From Candidatus Dormiibacterota bacterium (lineage in GTDB: Bacteria; Chloroflexota; Dormibacteria; Aeolococcales; Bog-877): a stretch of 64,000 bases of DNA. A model generated the notes under the pieces. The model saw only the letters and a list, made by a program, of their open reading frames with translations. It searched no databases and was not told where the DNA came from. This document shows, one piece after another, positions 9,236 through 19,227 of the stretch. Both the position numbers and the translations under genes were made by a program. Position 1 is the first letter of the stretch, and each line of letters opens with the position of its first letter. Where the stretch lies: positions 57,217 to 121,216 of the forward strand of contig JBAPNX010000035.1 of assembly GCA_049279335.1 (NCBI GenBank), read 5' to 3'.

Positions 9236-10373
9236 TGCCACGCCCGGCCCGGCCATCTTGAGCCTGCGCTTCGCCCGTAGCCGTCGGCTCTCAACCTACC
9301 TTCCACCGGGCGTGACCGGCCGAGCGCAGCCGGTGCGGGTCTGGTCCGAGGTGAGACGGGATCCGCTCACCGGCCGCAGCGGCCGGGTCGCCCACTTCAA
9401 GGGCTTCACTCTGGTTGCCCCAGACCTTTCGACGGTGGTTTCCGACTCTCGCTCAGCTTGTCCGTTCTGCCCCGAGCGGGTGTTGGAAGTAACCCCTCTG
9501 ATGCCCAGCACCGCAGTCCCATCCGGCCGGATCCGCAGAGGCGAGGCGGTCCTGTTCCCCAACATCTCGCCCTACGACCGCAGCAGCGTGGTGACCGTTC
9601 TCAGCCGAGAGCACTTTCTCGAGGCCAACCAGTTCTCAAGCGTGCAACTCGTGGACGGCATCATGGCCACCATCGAATACTTCCGGACGCTGCCTCGACC
9701 CGGCCGGGGCACGCACTCGGTGATCACCTGGAATTACATGCCCCCGTCCGGCGCTACTCAGGTGCACGCCCACTTGCAGGCCTTCTCCACCAATCGACCG
9801 GGGTCGATCCTAGAGGAGGAGGTGCGGCGGAGCCGGACCTTCTGGAGGCGCCACCGACATCCCTTCTGGGCTGAGCTTGCGGAGGTCGAGGAGGCGCAGG
9901 CGGAGCGCTTCGTGGCCAGGGGACGACACACCGTGTGGCTCACCCCGTTCGTCTCCCACAGCGTGATCTCCGATGCGATGGCCCTGTTCCCAGCGCATTC
10001 CTATCTCCAGGAGCTTGGGGAGACAGAGGTGACCGAGTTCGTGGCCGGGCTGCGCTTGGCTCTGGCGGCCTTCCACGACGAGGGGGTGCGAGCCTTCAAC
10101 TTAGCCTTCTACGCGGCGCCTAGTGGGGACGCCGCTCCCCACTTCTGGCTGCACGCCCGCGTCTCCCCCCGGATCTACTTCAATCCGTCGATCCTGGGCT
10201 CCGACACCAGCGCCTGGCAGCACCTCCTCGGTGAGTCGGTCATGGTGCGCAGTCCGGAAGCGCTGGCAGCCCGGCTGCAGGACCGATTCGCGAACGCCTT
10301 TCCGAGGGCAGGGAAAAAGGCCCCGGGCCGGGACGTCCCGGCCACGGGGCCAGCGCACGCGGTGAGCAGCTAG
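9216..10373 (+). CDS. GalT-like nucleotidyltransferase/phosphorylase (HIT superfamily, HxHxQ type)
   Basis: CPFCPE zinc motif and a VHAHLQ active-site motif. The substrate cannot be inferred and the start is uncertain. Confidence 0.6.
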   Translation: MRPKAADATPGPAILSLRFARSRRLSTYLPPGVTGRAQPVRVWSEVRRDPLTGRSGRVAHFKGFTLVAPDLSTVVSDSRSACPFCPERVLEVTPLMPSTAVPSGRIRRGEAVLFPNISPYDRSSVVTVLSREHFLEANQFSSVQLVDGIMATIEYFRTLPRPGRGTHSVITWNYMPPSGATQVHAHLQAFSTNRPGSILEEEVRRSRTFWRRHRHPFWAELAEVEEAQAERFVARGRHTVWLTPFVSHSVISDAMALFPAHSYLQELGETEVTEFVAGLRLALAAFHDEGVRAFNLAFYAAPSGDAAPHFWLHARVSPRIYFNPSILGSDTSAWQHLLGESVMVRSPEALAARLQDRFANAFPRAGKKAPGRDVPATGPAHAVSS

Positions 10374-10382
10374 ACGCGCGTT

Positions 10383-10874
10383 CTAGCTCTTGGCTCCCTG
10401 CACTTCAACCGCCTTGGCGCCAGCCTCAATCGTCTCGGCGCCCGAGTTGACCTCGATGTTCACCCGGCGCGGCGCCGGAGCCTCGACCCTGGGGACGTGA
10501 ACGGTCAAGACACCGTTCTGGAAGCTGGCGCGAATGTCATCCTCGTGGACATCCTGGGGCAGCGAGATCTGGCGGAAGAATGAGACTGGCCGGCGCTCGC
10601 GCCGCAGATAGCGGCCCTCTGGCTGGCTCTCGCTCTTGTGCTCGCCCCGGATGGTGAGAACACCTTGCTCAGCGACTACCTGGATTTCTTTGGGCTCGAA
10701 CCCTGCCACCGAGGCCTCAAGGATGAACTCCTTATCGGTCTGGCGAATGTCCAATGGCAGATATACGGACGGCGCACTCTCACCCGACGAGATTGCGTTG
10801 GTCTGCTCGCTCAACCACTGGCCCATCTCGCGGGGAAGGCCGAAAAGATCACGCCATGGGTCCCAATTGATCAT
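10383..10874 (-). CDS. Small heat-shock protein (Hsp20/alpha-crystallin family)
   Basis: The alpha-crystallin domain spans DIRQTDKEFILEASVAGF...GVLTIRGE...NGVLTVHVP. ATG at 10874 has GGGAG upstream. Confidence 0.88.
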   Translation of the reverse strand: MINWDPWRDLFGLPREMGQWLSEQTNAISSGESAPSVYLPLDIRQTDKEFILEASVAGFEPKEIQVVAEQGVLTIRGEHKSESQPEGRYLRRERRPVSFFRQISLPQDVHEDDIRASFQNGVLTVHVPRVEAPAPRRVNIEVNSGAETIEAGAKAVEVQGAKS

Positions 10875-10901
10875 CTTTTCTACTCCCACAAAACGCCACC
10901 T

Positions 10902-10927
10902 TCTACAGGGTTTTATCAACCCGTAGA
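10902..10927 (-). terminator. Hairpin between the dnaJ stop and the hsp20 start (10-bp stem, 1-nt bulge, 5-nt loop)
   Basis: TCTACaGGGTT-ttatc-AACCCGTAGA. On the minus strand it is followed by ...GCGTTTTGTG. It could be the dnaJ terminator or an hsp20 operator or leader structure. Confidence 0.3.
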
Positions 10928-10970
10928 GTTCCTACCCGAGCAGCACCGGTACCAAACCTGATGCTAGCCC

Positions 10971-12083
10971 TCAGAGCCCTATGGCGTCCTTAAGGTTTTC
11001 GAAGAAACCCTTGCGAACTGGGTGCGGCTTGCCATCTGGTGGCGAGAATTCCTGCAGTAACTCGCGCTGCCGGTCAGTGAGCCGGGTCGGCGTCACCACT
11101 CGAAGCCGCACCACCTGGTCGCCGCGACGACCGGTCCTGGCGTCGGGTGCACCCTTGCCCGGGATCCGCACCTGCTGCCCGTACTGGCTCCCAGGTTTGA
11201 CCACCGTCTGAACCGGCCCATCCACGGTGGGGACCTCGATGGTGTCGCCCAAAGCCGCCTGGGAGAAGGTGATCGGGCACTCGTAGAGGATGGTCATCCC
11301 CCGGCGCTGGAGTTGCTCATGAGGACGAACCGAAATCAGTAGATAAAGGTCGCCCGCGGGACCGCCGCGGGGACCGGCCGCCCCCTCGCCCGGGACCCGG
11401 ACCTGCATCTCGTTGTCTACCCCTGGGGGAATCTGGACCTCGATCGCCTTAGAGGCGTCGACCAGGCCCTGGCCACGGCAGTTGGGGCAGGGGAACTCGA
11501 TCGTCTGGCCTTCGCCGCGGCAGCGGGGACACGGCTCCACCGTCACCATCTGGCCCAGCAGAGATTGCCGGACCCGCTGCACCTGGCCCTGGCCGCCGCA
11601 GTCGGGGCAGGGTACCGGGGAGGTCCCGGCCTTGGCCCCCGAGCCGTTGCAGTCGGGACAAAGGCTGGGCTTGGTGACTTCAAAAGTGCGGGTCACACCC
11701 CGAATGGCTTCCTCGAACTCGATCGTCACCTGGAGCCGAAGGTCCTGCCCGCGCCCGGGACCGCCGCGACGGCGCTGGTTGGGTGACCCGCCCGCAAAGA
11801 ACATGTCGAAGAGGTCGAAGGCGGACTGGAAATTGAAGCCGGAGGCGCCGATGCCGTCGCCGTCGTGGCCGAAGGCGTCGTAGCGCTGGCGGCGCTCGGG
11901 ATCGGAGAGCACCTGGTAGGCCTCCCCGATCTCCTTGAACTGCTCCTCAGCCTGGTGGTCGCCGGGGTTCTTGTCCGGGTGATAGCGCATGGCCAGCCCG
12001 CGATAGGCACGCTTGAGTTCGGCCGGGCTGGCCTGGCGGTCAACGCCGAGGACTTCGTAGTAGTCGCGTTTGGTTTGTGGCAT
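10971..12083 (-). CDS. dnaJ: Molecular chaperone DnaJ
   Basis: J-domain (DYYEVLGV...HPDKNPGD), a G/F region, and four CxxCxGxG zinc-finger repeats. Confidence 0.95.
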   Translation of the reverse strand: MPQTKRDYYEVLGVDRQASPAELKRAYRGLAMRYHPDKNPGDHQAEEQFKEIGEAYQVLSDPERRQRYDAFGHDGDGIGASGFNFQSAFDLFDMFFAGGSPNQRRRGGPGRGQDLRLQVTIEFEEAIRGVTRTFEVTKPSLCPDCNGSGAKAGTSPVPCPDCGGQGQVQRVRQSLLGQMVTVEPCPRCRGEGQTIEFPCPNCRGQGLVDASKAIEVQIPPGVDNEMQVRVPGEGAAGPRGGPAGDLYLLISVRPHEQLQRRGMTILYECPITFSQAALGDTIEVPTVDGPVQTVVKPGSQYGQQVRIPGKGAPDARTGRRGDQVVRLRVVTPTRLTDRQRELLQEFSPPDGKPHPVRKGFFENLKDAIGL

Positions 12084-12086
12084 GCG

Positions 12087-12701
12087 CTAGTTGGGACGTC
12101 CCCCGGACTGGGTGTGTCCGGGGCCCGGCTTTGGGCTCGACCGGCGTTCCGGGCTCTTGCGGGCGGGGGCTGCCGGGCCGCTCTCGGCGACGCTTACCTG
12201 GGCCGGCCTCACCACCCGGTCGTGGATCATGTAGCCAGGCGCCAGGACGGCCACCACGGTTCCCGGCTGAGCCCCGTCGGCGGGCACGGTCAGGACTGCG
12301 TTGTGAAGCCGAGGATCGAAAGGCTCGGCCACGGAGGCGATCCGCCGGATCCCCTGAGACGCAAGTGCCTGCTCGAGCTGCTTCACCGTGAGACGCAACC
12401 CCTCGGCCAGCCCGTCGGCAGCGTCATCGGGGAGGTGGGAGGTGGCTCGCTCAAGGTTGTCCAGGGCGGGCAGGAGCGCCTGCAGGAGCGCCGCAGCTCC
12501 GTACCTGGCCAGCTCCTCGCCCTCCTGTCCCTTCCGACGCTTGTAGTTCTCGAAGTCAGCCGCCAGCCGCCTGTAGGTGGCGTTGAGCTGGGCGAGCTCG
12601 GCCTCCAGCTCGGCGATCCGATTGGGGCCGGCCACCCTCTGCTCGGGCAGCGACGCCTCGGCTTCCGCGCCCACCTCGGGATCGTCCTTCGAGAGGTTCA
12701 C
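12087..12701 (-). CDS. grpE: Nucleotide exchange factor GrpE
   Basis: Contains RLAADFENYKRR and a C-terminal beta domain (GYMIHDRVVRPAQV). Confidence 0.92.
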   Translation of the reverse strand: MNLSKDDPEVGAEAEASLPEQRVAGPNRIAELEAELAQLNATYRRLAADFENYKRRKGQEGEELARYGAAALLQALLPALDNLERATSHLPDDAADGLAEGLRLTVKQLEQALASQGIRRIASVAEPFDPRLHNAVLTVPADGAQPGTVVAVLAPGYMIHDRVVRPAQVSVAESGPAAPARKSPERRSSPKPGPGHTQSGGRPN

Positions 12702-12723
12702 AGTGTTTCAGTAAAGATCAGGT

Positions 12724-13740
12724 TCAAGCCAGCAGCCGGGCCAGGGCCGCGCCGGTCGCCTGGGAGACCAGCTGCAGCCGGGCAGCCACCTGACCGTAGC
12801 GGATCCGGGTAGGTCCCACCACGCCGATCGTTCCCCACAGCTGCTCGCCAGCTTGATAGCTGGTCAGTACCAAGCTGCACTCGCGGAGCTCCTCGACCGT
12901 GTTCTCATGGCCGATCAGCACTTGCATCCCGGCCTGAGGAGCCAGCTGAGCCAGGACATCGCCGAGGATGCGCTGAGCCTCCAGCACCTCCAAGACGGCA
13001 CGGAGCCGGGCGGGATCCTCGAACTCTGGCTGGCGGACCAGATTGCGGACCCCGTTGTGAATCACCAGGGCAGATCTGGTCGCGAGCTGGCGCAGTCCCT
13101 TGGCCACGTCCGCCACCATCGCCTGCAGTCCCGGCGCCCAACCGGGAAACAGCGGGGCGGACTCGACCTCGTCGGCGGAGAAGCCGCGGTAGAGCTCGTT
13201 CAGCCGGTGGGCCCAACCGCTGAGCTCCTCCTGGTCGACCAGCGGGTCGATCTCGAGGAGCCGCTGGTAGGCGGCGTTACCGGTCGCGATCTCCACCATC
13301 AACGACTGCCCGGGGTGCATCAGAACCAGGTCGATATGGAGCAGACGGCTGGTGGCGTTGGCGGGACCGGTGACGACCGCGACGTTCTCTACCAGCCGGC
13401 TCAGCACCGCCGCCGCCGCCTCCAAGACCGCTTCGACATCGTGAGCTGCCGCCTCAAAACCCTGGCGCACGACCCGGCGCAGCTGCGGATCCACGACCTC
13501 CTGAGGAAGGAGGAAGTCGACGAAGTAGCGGTATCCCCGGTCGGTCGGCACTCGGCCAGCCGACGCGTGCGGCTGGGCTAGGAAGCCGTCATCAACCAGC
13601 TCGGAGAGCTCGTTGCGAATGGTGGCCGAGCTCAGCTCCAGGAAGTACCTGGCAGCAAGCGCGTGCGATCCCACCGGGACCACGGTCTCGGTGTAGTCAG
13701 AGACGACGGCTCTCAGGATTCGCTCTTTGCGCTGGTCCAT
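12724..13740 (-). CDS. hrcA: Heat-inducible transcription repressor HrcA
   Basis: N-terminus RKERILRAVVSDYTETVVPVGSHALA...IRNELSELVDDGFL, with a CIRCE operator directly upstream. Confidence 0.93.
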   Translation of the reverse strand: MDQRKERILRAVVSDYTETVVPVGSHALAARYFLELSSATIRNELSELVDDGFLAQPHASAGRVPTDRGYRYFVDFLLPQEVVDPQLRRVVRQGFEAAAHDVEAVLEAAAAVLSRLVENVAVVTGPANATSRLLHIDLVLMHPGQSLMVEIATGNAAYQRLLEIDPLVDQEELSGWAHRLNELYRGFSADEVESAPLFPGWAPGLQAMVADVAKGLRQLATRSALVIHNGVRNLVRQPEFEDPARLRAVLEVLEAQRILGDVLAQLAPQAGMQVLIGHENTVEELRECSLVLTSYQAGEQLWGTIGVVGPTRIRYGQVAARLQLVSQATGAALARLLA

Positions 13741-13762
13741 ACCCGATCCACTCCAGCTCCGG

Positions 13763-13789
13763 TTAGCACTCCAATACTCCGAGTGCTAA
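13763..13789. promoter_or_regulatory. CIRCE operator (HrcA binding site)
   Basis: A perfect TTAGCACTC-N9-GAGTGCTAA, located 23 nt upstream of the hrcA start codon. A TAGACT -10-like hexamer lies just upstream on the minus strand. Confidence 0.92.
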
Positions 13790-13874
13790 GTCGAGTCTAG
13801 CACGGGTGTTCTCCCCTCTCGATCTCCCGAGCACTGATGGAAAGCAGGGTTGGTGGCCACGCTAACATCAGTCG

Positions 13875-14678
13875 ATGGGCTCCAGCCCGGCCCCCGCCGC
13901 CGACCTCAAGCCGCCATCGCATCATCTACCGTCGATCGGCGCCGTGGCCCAGGGTTCGGAACGTGAGCGCCTCGCCCGACGGGCGGGGATCCGGGAGGTC
14001 GTGTTCGGTGTTCAGGACGGCCTGCTGACCACTCTGGGGCTGACCACCGGCGTTGCCACCGCCACCGCGGGGGCGGCGGTTTCGCACACCACCATCCTGA
14101 TTGCTGGTCTGGTCGGCGCCCTGGCGGGGATGATCTCGATGGGAACCGGCGCCTACTTGGCCACGACCGCCAGCCGCGATCTCAAGCACAGCGCCATCCA
14201 CAAGGAGAGGGGCGAGCTCCAGAGCAAACCTGAGGAGGAGCTCGACGAGATGGCGGCGATCTTGGCCGACCGGGGCGTTCCGCTGGAGGCCGCCACCGAG
14301 CTCTCCAAGTCGATGGCCCGCTACCCTCAGCTCTGGGAGGAGACCCACATCGAGAAGGAGCTGGGAATCTCTAGCCAACTCCGCGACACCCCGGTCCGGG
14401 ACGGGTTCCTCATGGCGGGGACCTTCCTACTGGGAGCGATGCTGCCGATCATCCCCTACATCTTCATAAGGGGACTGCCGGCGGTTATCGCCGCCCTGGC
14501 GATATCGGCAGTTGGACTGACCGGCGTCGGCGTGATCAAAGCCTGGGTGACTGGACAGCGCCTTTGGGTGGGAGGAGGCCAGGTGCTGTTGGTCGGGACC
14601 GGGGCCGCACTCGCTGGCTACCTGTTCGGCGTGCTTTTGCCCCACGCCTTTGGCCTGAGGCTCCCCACCACCACCTGA
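13875..14678 (+). CDS. VIT1/CCC1-family iron/manganese transporter
   Basis: Contains VFGVQDGLLTTLGLTTG, a central acidic cytosolic helix region, and C-terminal TM helices. Confidence 0.8.
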   Translation: MGSSPAPAADLKPPSHHLPSIGAVAQGSERERLARRAGIREVVFGVQDGLLTTLGLTTGVATATAGAAVSHTTILIAGLVGALAGMISMGTGAYLATTASRDLKHSAIHKERGELQSKPEEELDEMAAILADRGVPLEAATELSKSMARYPQLWEETHIEKELGISSQLRDTPVRDGFLMAGTFLLGAMLPIIPYIFIRGLPAVIAALAISAVGLTGVGVIKAWVTGQRLWVGGGQVLLVGTGAALAGYLFGVLLPHAFGLRLPTTT

Positions 14679-14716
14679 GCCGGCTCGCCGTCAGGGGACC
14701 GGCCCCCGCGGCCGGG

Positions 14717-16000
14717 CTACTCTGCCCGGAGGCTGTGTCGCTGCCGGGGCACCTGGGCTGGCGCGGTAGCACTTTCGCGTGCTGGCTGCGTCCGGCTCGA
14801 CCGGGGCCGCCCAGCGTCTGCGGTGGCGGCCAGCTCCAGAGTGAGGCGATCGAGCACCTCCAGTCCCCGAGGCGTCGCCGACACCCGGTTGCCGGAAAGC
14901 TCCACCAGCCCTAGATCGGCCAGGCGGTCAGCCTCAGCCAGTTGCCGAGGCGCTGATAGCTGAACTCCGGCTCGCAGCCGCAGCCCGCAGGCCAGAAGTT
15001 CCAGCTGACGCTGCTCGTGAGTGATTGCCTCCTCACCTCTACGTCCGTGACCAAGCTCGGCTACCTGCTTGATGTAGGTGGCGGCGCTGCGCAGATTCCA
15101 GTAGCGCAGGCCGACATCCCCTGGAGAGATCGTAAATCCCAGCTCCTGACTGGTTTTCTTGTCGATGAATCCGTGAGCGCCGCAGCCCACCCCCAGGTAC
15201 TGACGTCCTTGCCAGTAGGTCAGGTTGTGCCGGGATTCACGACCCGGGCGGGCGTAATTACTCACCTCGTACTGCCGGAGTCCCACGCGTTCCAGTAGTG
15301 CTTTGGCCAGGCGGTGTTGCTCGAGGAAGTCATCCTCGCGGGGGGCGCTCACCTTGCCAGCAGCAACCCACCGCGACAGCGGTGTCGAGGGCTCCACCGT
15401 CAGCTCGTAACAGGAGACGTGTTGAGGCGCATACCCGAGCAGCCGCTCAAGTCCAGCTGCAAAGACAGAGGTCGGCTGTTCCGGGATCGCATAGATCAGG
15501 TCACAGCTGAGGTTCGCCAGTCCGGCCTGCTGGGCCGCGATGATGGCTGCCTCGGCGGCAGCCGCATCGTGATTGCGCCCCAGCCAGCGCAGCGCCTCAT
15601 CATCCAGGCTCTGAACCCCCAGGCTGACCCGGTTGATCCCCAGGGAGAGCCAGCTGCGGACCAGCTCTTCGGTCAAGCCGCTGGGATTGGTCTCGATGGT
15701 GATCTCTGCACCGTTGGCGATGCCGAAGAACTGCTCCACGACGGTCAGCAGCCGCCCCAGCAATCGTGGCGGCAGCAGTCCCGGCGTTCCCCCGCCCAGA
15801 TAGACGGTCTCCAACTCCGGCCCGCGGGTACCTGCCCGCGCCCACCAGGCGAGCTCGGCGATCACTGCCTCGACGTAAGGCTGGTAGAGATGATCGCCAC
15901 CGACGTGAATCGCGAAATCGCAGTACGGACAGCGACTTTCGCAGAAGGGAATGTGGAGGTAGAGACTGCGCACGCTCCTCGCCCGAGACTCAGCGGTCAA
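14717..16000 (-). CDS. hemW: Radical SAM heme chaperone HemW (HemN-like, oxygen-independent coproporphyrinogen oxidase family)
   Basis: [17 protein letters not shown], a CxxxCxxC radical SAM motif. The start is uncertain: TTG at 16000 overlaps lepA, and GTG at 15973 is an alternative. Confidence 0.88.
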   Translation of the reverse strand: MTAESRARSVRSLYLHIPFCESRCPYCDFAIHVGGDHLYQPYVEAVIAELAWWARAGTRGPELETVYLGGGTPGLLPPRLLGRLLTVVEQFFGIANGAEITIETNPSGLTEELVRSWLSLGINRVSLGVQSLDDEALRWLGRNHDAAAAEAAIIAAQQAGLANLSCDLIYAIPEQPTSVFAAGLERLLGYAPQHVSCYELTVEPSTPLSRWVAAGKVSAPREDDFLEQHRLAKALLERVGLRQYEVSNYARPGRESRHNLTYWQGRQYLGVGCGAHGFIDKKTSQELGFTISPGDVGLRYWNLRSAATYIKQVAELGHGRRGEEAITHEQRQLELLACGLRLRAGVQLSAPRQLAEADRLADLGLVELSGNRVSATPRGLEVLDRLTLELAATADAGRPRSSRTQPARESATAPAQVPRQRHSLRAE

Positions 16001-17801
16001 GTGAAAGTACCGCCATGAACGCCTCCTGGGGTATCTCCACGCTACCGACGCGCTTCATGCGCTGCTTGCCTTCGCGTTGTTTCTCCAGCAACTTGCGCTT
16101 GCGGGTGATGTCGCCGCCGTAGCACTTGGCGAGCACGTCTTTGCGAAGTGCGGGCACCGTTTCTCGGGCGATCACTTTGCCGCCGATGGCCGCCTGGATG
16201 GCAACCTCGAAGAGCTGGCGCGGGATCACCTCCCGGAGCCGCTGGACCAGCTTGCGTCCCTGGGTGCTGGACTGCTGGCGATGGACGATCACCGAGAGGG
16301 CGTCGACCCGGTTGCCGGCCACCAGGATGTCGAGCTTGACCAGGTTCTCCGCCCGATAGCCAGCCAGCTGGTAGTCCATCGAGGCGTAGCCCCGGCTGCG
16401 CGACTTGAGCTGGTCATAGAAGTCGTGGATGATCTCGCCCAGCGGAAGGTCATAGGTGAGCAGCGCCCGCTCGCCCGGGGGCTGGTACTCGAGCTGGATG
16501 AACTCGCCCCGGCGCTCCTGGCAGAGCTCCATGATCCCGCCCAGGTGCTCTTTGGGGACCACGATCTCCAGCTTGACCCGGGGCTCTTCGATGGTCTCGA
16601 TGGTGCCCGCCTCTGGCAGCTGATCGGGGTTGTCGATCTCGACAGCCGAGCCGTTCCGGAGCGTTACGCGGTAGGCGACCGAGGGCGCCGTTGTGATCAG
16701 GTTGAGTTGGAACTCGCGCTCCAGCCGCTCTTGGACGATCTCCATGTGCAGAAGTCCCAGGAAGCCGCAGCGAAATCCGAAGCCAAGGGCGGCGGAAGTC
16801 TCGGGCTGATAGGTGAGCGCAGCGTCGTTGAGCTGGAGCCGCTCCAGCGCCTCCTTGAGGCCCTGGTAGTCGTCGCTGTCGACCGGGAACAGGCCCGCCC
16901 AGACCATGGGACTGACCTGGCGGTAGCCCGGCAGTGGCTCCTGGGTCGGCCGGGAGACCTCGGTGATGGTATCGCCCACCTTGCTGTCGCGGACGTTGCG
17001 GATGGAGGCGATCAGATATCCCACCTCACCCGCGGTCAGCTCTTCGACGGCAACCATGCCGGGCCGGAAGATGCCCACCTCGTCCACGGTGAAGGTCCCG
17101 CGAGACGCCATCATCAGAATCTGGCTGCCGGGCCGGAGCCGGCCGTCGACGATGCGTACGTAGACCACCACGCCTCGGTAGGCGTCGTATTTGCAGTCGA
17201 AGATCAACGCCCGCAGCGGGGCATCCGGATCCCCCACCGGGGCTGGGAGGGCGGTGACGACCGCCTCCAGGATCTGATCGACTCCCTCTCCGGTCCGGGC
17301 GCTGGCGAGGATGGAGCGCTCGGCGGGAATCCCGATCACCCGGGCGATCTCCTGACGCACCTGCTCCGGGTCGGACTGGGGCAGATCGATCTTGTTGACC
17401 ACCGGCACGATCTCCAGTCCCAGCTCCAGCGCCTTGTAGACGTTGGCCAGCGTCTGGGCCTCGATCCCCTGGCTGGCGTCAACCACCAGCAGCGCTCCCT
17501 CGCAGGCGGCGAGCGCCCGCGAGACCTCGTAGGCGAAGTCGACGTGGCCGGGGGTGTCGATGAGGTTGAACTCGTAGGATTGGCCGTCCTTCGCCAGGTA
17601 GGTCATGCGCACGGCCTGGGCCTTGATGGTGATGCCACGCTCGCGCTCGATGTCCATGGTGTCGAGCATCTGCTCGGTCAGATCTCGAGCGCTGACGGTC
17701 CCGGTCAGCTCCAGCAGCCGGTCGGCCAGGGTCGACTTGCCATGATCAATGTGAGCGATGATGGAAAAGTTGCGGATTCGACTGGTGGATTGCGAGGGCA
17801 T
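15990..17801 (-). CDS. lepA: Translation elongation factor 4 (LepA)
   Basis: [32 protein letters not shown], and the LepA C-terminal domain. Confidence 0.97.
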   Translation of the reverse strand: MPSQSTSRIRNFSIIAHIDHGKSTLADRLLELTGTVSARDLTEQMLDTMDIERERGITIKAQAVRMTYLAKDGQSYEFNLIDTPGHVDFAYEVSRALAACEGALLVVDASQGIEAQTLANVYKALELGLEIVPVVNKIDLPQSDPEQVRQEIARVIGIPAERSILASARTGEGVDQILEAVVTALPAPVGDPDAPLRALIFDCKYDAYRGVVVYVRIVDGRLRPGSQILMMASRGTFTVDEVGIFRPGMVAVEELTAGEVGYLIASIRNVRDSKVGDTITEVSRPTQEPLPGYRQVSPMVWAGLFPVDSDDYQGLKEALERLQLNDAALTYQPETSAALGFGFRCGFLGLLHMEIVQERLEREFQLNLITTAPSVAYRVTLRNGSAVEIDNPDQLPEAGTIETIEEPRVKLEIVVPKEHLGGIMELCQERRGEFIQLEYQPPGERALLTYDLPLGEIIHDFYDQLKSRSRGYASMDYQLAGYRAENLVKLDILVAGNRVDALSVIVHRQQSSTQGRKLVQRLREVIPRQLFEVAIQAAIGGKVIARETVPALRKDVLAKCYGGDITRKRKLLEKQREGKQRMKRVGSVEIPQEAFMAVLSLDR

Positions 17802-17878
17802 CTGCGTGGCGATTATCGGTTTCGACTGCCCGGCACACTTCGGGAGCGGGTCCGAGACCGTGGAGTCGGGCCGGCCCT

Positions 17879-18697
17879 ATGACCGCGGCTAAGGCTGGGG
17901 TGCCCGAGGAGCCGAGTAGCACCGCAGCGCCTGCGACCAGCGAATACGAGGTCATACTGGCGCGAGAGCTCGACGAGCTTGAAGCAGTAAGCGATCTGCA
18001 GGCGGAGATCTGGGGATCGCGCAGCGTCGCCGCCCCGAGCACCATCCTGCGTGCGATCTCCGTCGCCGGTGGAGTCGTCCTCTTGGCGCGTGCCGGCGAG
18101 CGGCCGGTGGGCTTCGCCTACGGCTTCACCGGACGAACGCGGGATGGCGCCGTCTACCACCGATCTCACGCGGCCGGTGTGCTGTCCGAGTTCCGCAACA
18201 GCGGAATTGGCAGCGCTTTAAAGCTGGCGCAGGGACAGGAGGTACTGGCGTCGGGTCTGGACCGCGTGGTTTGGACTTTCGACCCAACCCAGCTGGGGAA
18301 CGCTTACTTCAACCTGCGCCATCTAGGCGCGACCGCTCGCGCCTTCCAGCGCGACTTCTACGGCGTCCGTGATCACGCGCTCAGCCACGGCTTGCCCACC
18401 GACCGGCTCTTCGTCGAGTGGTTTCTGGGCTCGCGGGAGCAGTCCGAACTGGGCAGGCTCAGAAAGCGCCAGCCGGCAGCTTCGGTCACCGTCCCTCCTG
18501 GGCTGCCGGCACCGCCTGGGGCTGACCTGGTCGCGGTGCTACCGCTCCAGGATGAGCTGCGGGGTCAGCTGGAGGCGGCCTTCTCTCAAGGGTTGCAGGT
18601 GATCGATTTTGACCCTGAGTCCCGGCGCTACCTGCTCTCGGAGCTGCCCTCTTGGTTCCCCAGCGCCGCCGAAGGTGGATCCGGTTCGGAAGCCTGA
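17879..18697 (+). CDS. GNAT-fold protein (predicted acetyltransferase, COG3375-like)
   Basis: SEFRNSGIGSALKLAQ resembles an acetyl-CoA binding segment, followed by VWTFDPTQLGNAYFNLRHLGA. Family recognition is from memory only. Confidence 0.5.
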   Translation: MTAAKAGVPEEPSSTAAPATSEYEVILARELDELEAVSDLQAEIWGSRSVAAPSTILRAISVAGGVVLLARAGERPVGFAYGFTGRTRDGAVYHRSHAAGVLSEFRNSGIGSALKLAQGQEVLASGLDRVVWTFDPTQLGNAYFNLRHLGATARAFQRDFYGVRDHALSHGLPTDRLFVEWFLGSREQSELGRLRKRQPAASVTVPPGLPAPPGADLVAVLPLQDELRGQLEAAFSQGLQVIDFDPESRRYLLSELPSWFPSAAEGGSGSEA

Positions 18698-19101
18698 TCG
18701 TCGCTCGGCATGGACGGGGCGGACTCCAGCTCCGCTAGCTTGCGGAGCACCTCGAGCTCCCCACCGTAAGTGAGCTCCGGTAGGCCCCGAAGGCGTTCCG
18801 GGATGCTGGGGTGGCCAGCCAGCCAACGGCTGGCCTCGGTGATCAGGCGCTCCCGATCCGTCGGATAGGAGACTCCCCCCAGGGCTCGTTGCAGGGCCAG
18901 TTGGTCCTCGGGAGTGCGCTGCCCCCGGCGGGCGGCGAAGCGGGGTTCGTTGAGACCGACCTCGATGCGGGGCCGGCCAGGCACTCCCAGGGCCGCTCGC
19001 ATCAGCAGCTCCTCGGGCGCGACCGGAACCAGTTCGCCCAGATCGGGCTCGTCAGCCAAAGCCGGTCTCCGGGGGAACACCGACCGTGGCCGGGGTCCCA
19101 C
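18628..19101 (-). CDS. DUF2795-like protein
   Basis: The segment LQRALGGVSYPTDRERLITEA...RLRGLPELTYGGELEVLRKL fits the DUF2795 pattern (L.GV.YP...L...A......L..LP...Y...EV). Its 3' end overlaps the convergent GNAT gene by 70 nt. Confidence 0.45.
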   Translation of the reverse strand: MGPRPRSVFPRRPALADEPDLGELVPVAPEELLMRAALGVPGRPRIEVGLNEPRFAARRGQRTPEDQLALQRALGGVSYPTDRERLITEASRWLAGHPSIPERLRGLPELTYGGELEVLRKLAELESAPSMPSDDQASEPDPPSAALGNQEGSSESR

Positions 19102-19227
19102 CGGAGTGGGAGGACGGTCCCCGAACCACGACCGGCAAGCTCAAGCTAGCAGCGGCCGCAGCAAGATCATCCAGGCGCGACCCGCCCGTGACCCGCCCCT
19201 CAGTCGGCCGCGACAAGAGAGCCCGGC

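Noticed and set aside
13790-13874. A possible yybP-ykoY manganese riboswitch upstream of the VIT1-family transporter, and a second CIRCE-like half-site (CTAGCAC...GAGCACT).
   Set aside because: Only about 85 nt are available. I could not find the conserved GGGGAGUAG / UUGACA-type elements on the plus strand, and the second element is not an inverted repeat.
16077-17882. A 601-aa plus-strand ORF exactly antisense to lepA. Similar long antisense ORFs lie at 24117..25604, 58575..59711, 33296..34537, 21449..22441, 11865..12812, 39993..40844, 52813..53670 and 44477..45361.
   Set aside because: These are typical high-GC shadow ORFs. They mirror well-supported genes with strong family motifs, they have Arg/Gly/Pro/His/Asp-rich low-information composition, and they carry no recognisable domains.
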